A stretch of DNA of 64,000 nucleotides, taken from Phallusia mammillata (Eukaryota). The stretch lies in NCBI GenBank assembly GCA_965637545.1, contig OZ281497.1, positions 19,964,001 to 20,028,000 of the forward strand. Direction: 5' to 3'. The notes beneath the pieces were generated by a model that ran no database searches, was not told the DNA's origin, and worked only from the letters and a program-made list of their open reading frames with translations. A program made the position numbers and the translations under genes. Positions within the stretch are counted from its first letter, which is position 1. Each line of letters opens with the position of its first letter. Shown in pieces: positions 61,888 through 64,000 of the stretch.

Positions 61888-64000
61888 CTGGAAAGGAAAA
61901 ATACGGAATCCATATCTTGCTTAGGGCTATTCAGAACCATGCACATAAACACATAAAACAGAAATATATTTTAGGTTTGTATACCAAAATTGTATAGGGT
62001 TGTACACCATATAGGTAATATACTGCAGTCACTTTTGCTTTCCTATTGGAAGGGTCATAAACTCTATTTGCCCTCTACGTAAAAGTGTTGCTTGTCAGTG
62101 TACATACATTAATGGGCGTACATCGCGTTCCAAAATGGTGCCTGCTTCAATTATTAAATAACAAAAACGTATCCCCCGACCACATATTGTTACAGCCCCA
62201 CTGTGATGTAATGAATTTTTAACGAAGGTCAATTACTACAGTGATCTTTTCAATACCAAACAACGTGGTAATTTGAATGCTCATACACAATGGAAAAGAC
62301 TACGCACTGTTGATTTTTGCCATTAAGGCACCCACAATATACACGCTTTCTTGAAACTAACAAAGCATTGCTGAATTTTTTTGGAAATAAATAACCACAG
62401 TCGTGTTATACATCAGTCTCAGCTGGAGGTGGGTGTTAGTTTTCAGGAGGAACATTTCTCAAAAAGCCAAAAAACATGTCGGCCCCAAAGGGAACAAATC
62501 ATTGAAGTGTCGTTAGCGGCCCGCTTTGAAAATTGCGACAGGACTTGGGTTAAGTGACTTTACATGACGAAAGTGAAACCGATCGCCGTCTCCCCGCCCA
62601 GACCCGGTCCCTGCGCTGCTTTGAAGCAAAGCATTGTCGTGGTGTAATGTTTCGGAATGCGACCAAACGAAACGACGCATAACAACCGTCCACCAACCCA
62701 AAATACTTTGCACGTGTCAGCGAGAACTAAACCTATACAGGTGTAAACTTTATTAATGTAAAACCTACGGTAACGTGCAGTGTTTGTGCGAAGCTCTAGC
62801 TTTTTCGTGCGTTTTGTGATTTTTATTTTCACAGAATCAAGCCTAAAATGGACAAAGGTTAGCTACCAATTAATATGTCTTAAAATATTCTACAAAATGT
62901 CGGATTAAATTGTTGCATTATAGGAAAGAACCGCGCGATTAAATCTTTTTTGTGTTGGACCGGGACGTTTCAAATGTATTAAAAACATCGATGTTCTGGT
63001 TTCTGAAATCGGTGCCGAAGCAACAATGAAATCAATTGAAACGGATCAGTAGACATTCGACCAACCAGACAGTCCTGAGGTTTGGGAATCACTTTCTGTC
63101 AATACAATATCGTCACCTGGGGGCGATCAAGCGCAACGTTTATCAACATTGAGCCCAGCAACGGTCACTGAATAGACATTACCTCATGCCAAACAAGAAG
63201 CATCAAATGGGTAAGAACAGATTGTAGTATTTCAACAAATGTAGTACTTTAACACGTTTTGTCTATATTTGGGTTTTTGACAAATTTAGGTTCGTTTTAC
63301 TCCGAAGTGTTTGGAAAACAAACAAACACTTACTCCTTACATTATTGTGAGGTTTAGCTTGGAAAGAATGGTACATTCTCCCACAACAGCCCACGCGTTC
63401 ACGGCAAATCAACATAAGGGCCAAAGCGTTACAGACAACACAAAAAGATAACGAAAAAAAAGTATTTGGTTTGGCTAAAATGCCACTGTAGATAAACTGT
63501 CTTTACGTATACGCGTATGAGAGTCGATGGCTCATTGATATTGACAAGAAAAGAGAGAGGCAACAAACAGTTTCTAATGCTAACGTCATGGTAAAACGCT
63601 ATTAAAACTTCGCTTATTCGTTAGCGGACGTGCCAGAAGTCACGTGGACAACCACGGATCTAGCAACGATATACGATCGTGGCTTCAGTGCAAACGATGC
63701 GCTAATCGTTAGCTGGATAATCGATATATTGGCGTTTGATGATTTTGTCGTGATTATGCGCTCATACAGCGGTACATAAATCCTATATACTGGACGTCGC
63801 ATGACGATAGATATTGCCCGGATCAAGGTCTATTGATCGCGACGCGTACATCATTCCGGAGGGAGGGTTGGCTGCGAGCCGAGTAACTCCCATCGGTATA
63901 ATGCGAAATAAATATAGAGGCGCTCTGAAGACGGAGCTCCACTTAACAAGAGTGTGCAGGAGTGAGACCGCAAAGCTTCCAATATCAGAGGGTCGCTGAC

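Noticed and set aside
62513-62832. Candidate first coding exon of DAG1
   Set aside because: A phase-0 GT exists (CAT|GTAAAG), but no frame gives a signal peptide or a DG-like sequence. Left unassigned.
1-64000. Prokaryotic systems, CRISPR arrays, and most short ORFs in the ORF track
   Set aside because: The DNA is spliceosomal-intron-rich eukaryotic sequence with no spacer-repeat arrays. Many track ORFs begin at TTG/GTG and lie in introns.

Overview
Intron-rich, AT-rich eukaryotic genomic DNA. It is not prokaryotic and has no CRISPR array. Compact introns, hAT MITEs and a near-perfect match to the Ciona spliced-leader sequence suggest an ascidian/tunicate (inference). Three large minus-strand genes lie in tandem: dystroglycan (DAG1, ~56.5-61.9 kb, first exon not found), the E3 ligase RNF123/KPC1 (~21.5-54 kb, SPRY...RING) and an ANKRD26-like ankyrin/coiled-coil gene (17.6 kb to beyond the left edge). 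The main surprise is the 12.56-kb intron of RNF123 (23391-35947). It holds five same-strand MGST1/PTGES-type (MAPEG) genes, one of which has two alternative first exons (one frameshifted). It also holds three 5S rRNA genes and an antisense AMIGO-like gene whose LRR/Ig ectodomain appears decayed while its TM and cytoplasmic exon remains open. Six identical solo 5S rRNA genes sit in RNF123 introns in total. RNF123 also has a U12-type AT-AC intron, and ANKRD26 has a GC-AG intron. Several hAT MITEs with 8-bp TSDs are present, including a nested pair. All homology calls come from manual translation and recalled family motifs, not from database searches.
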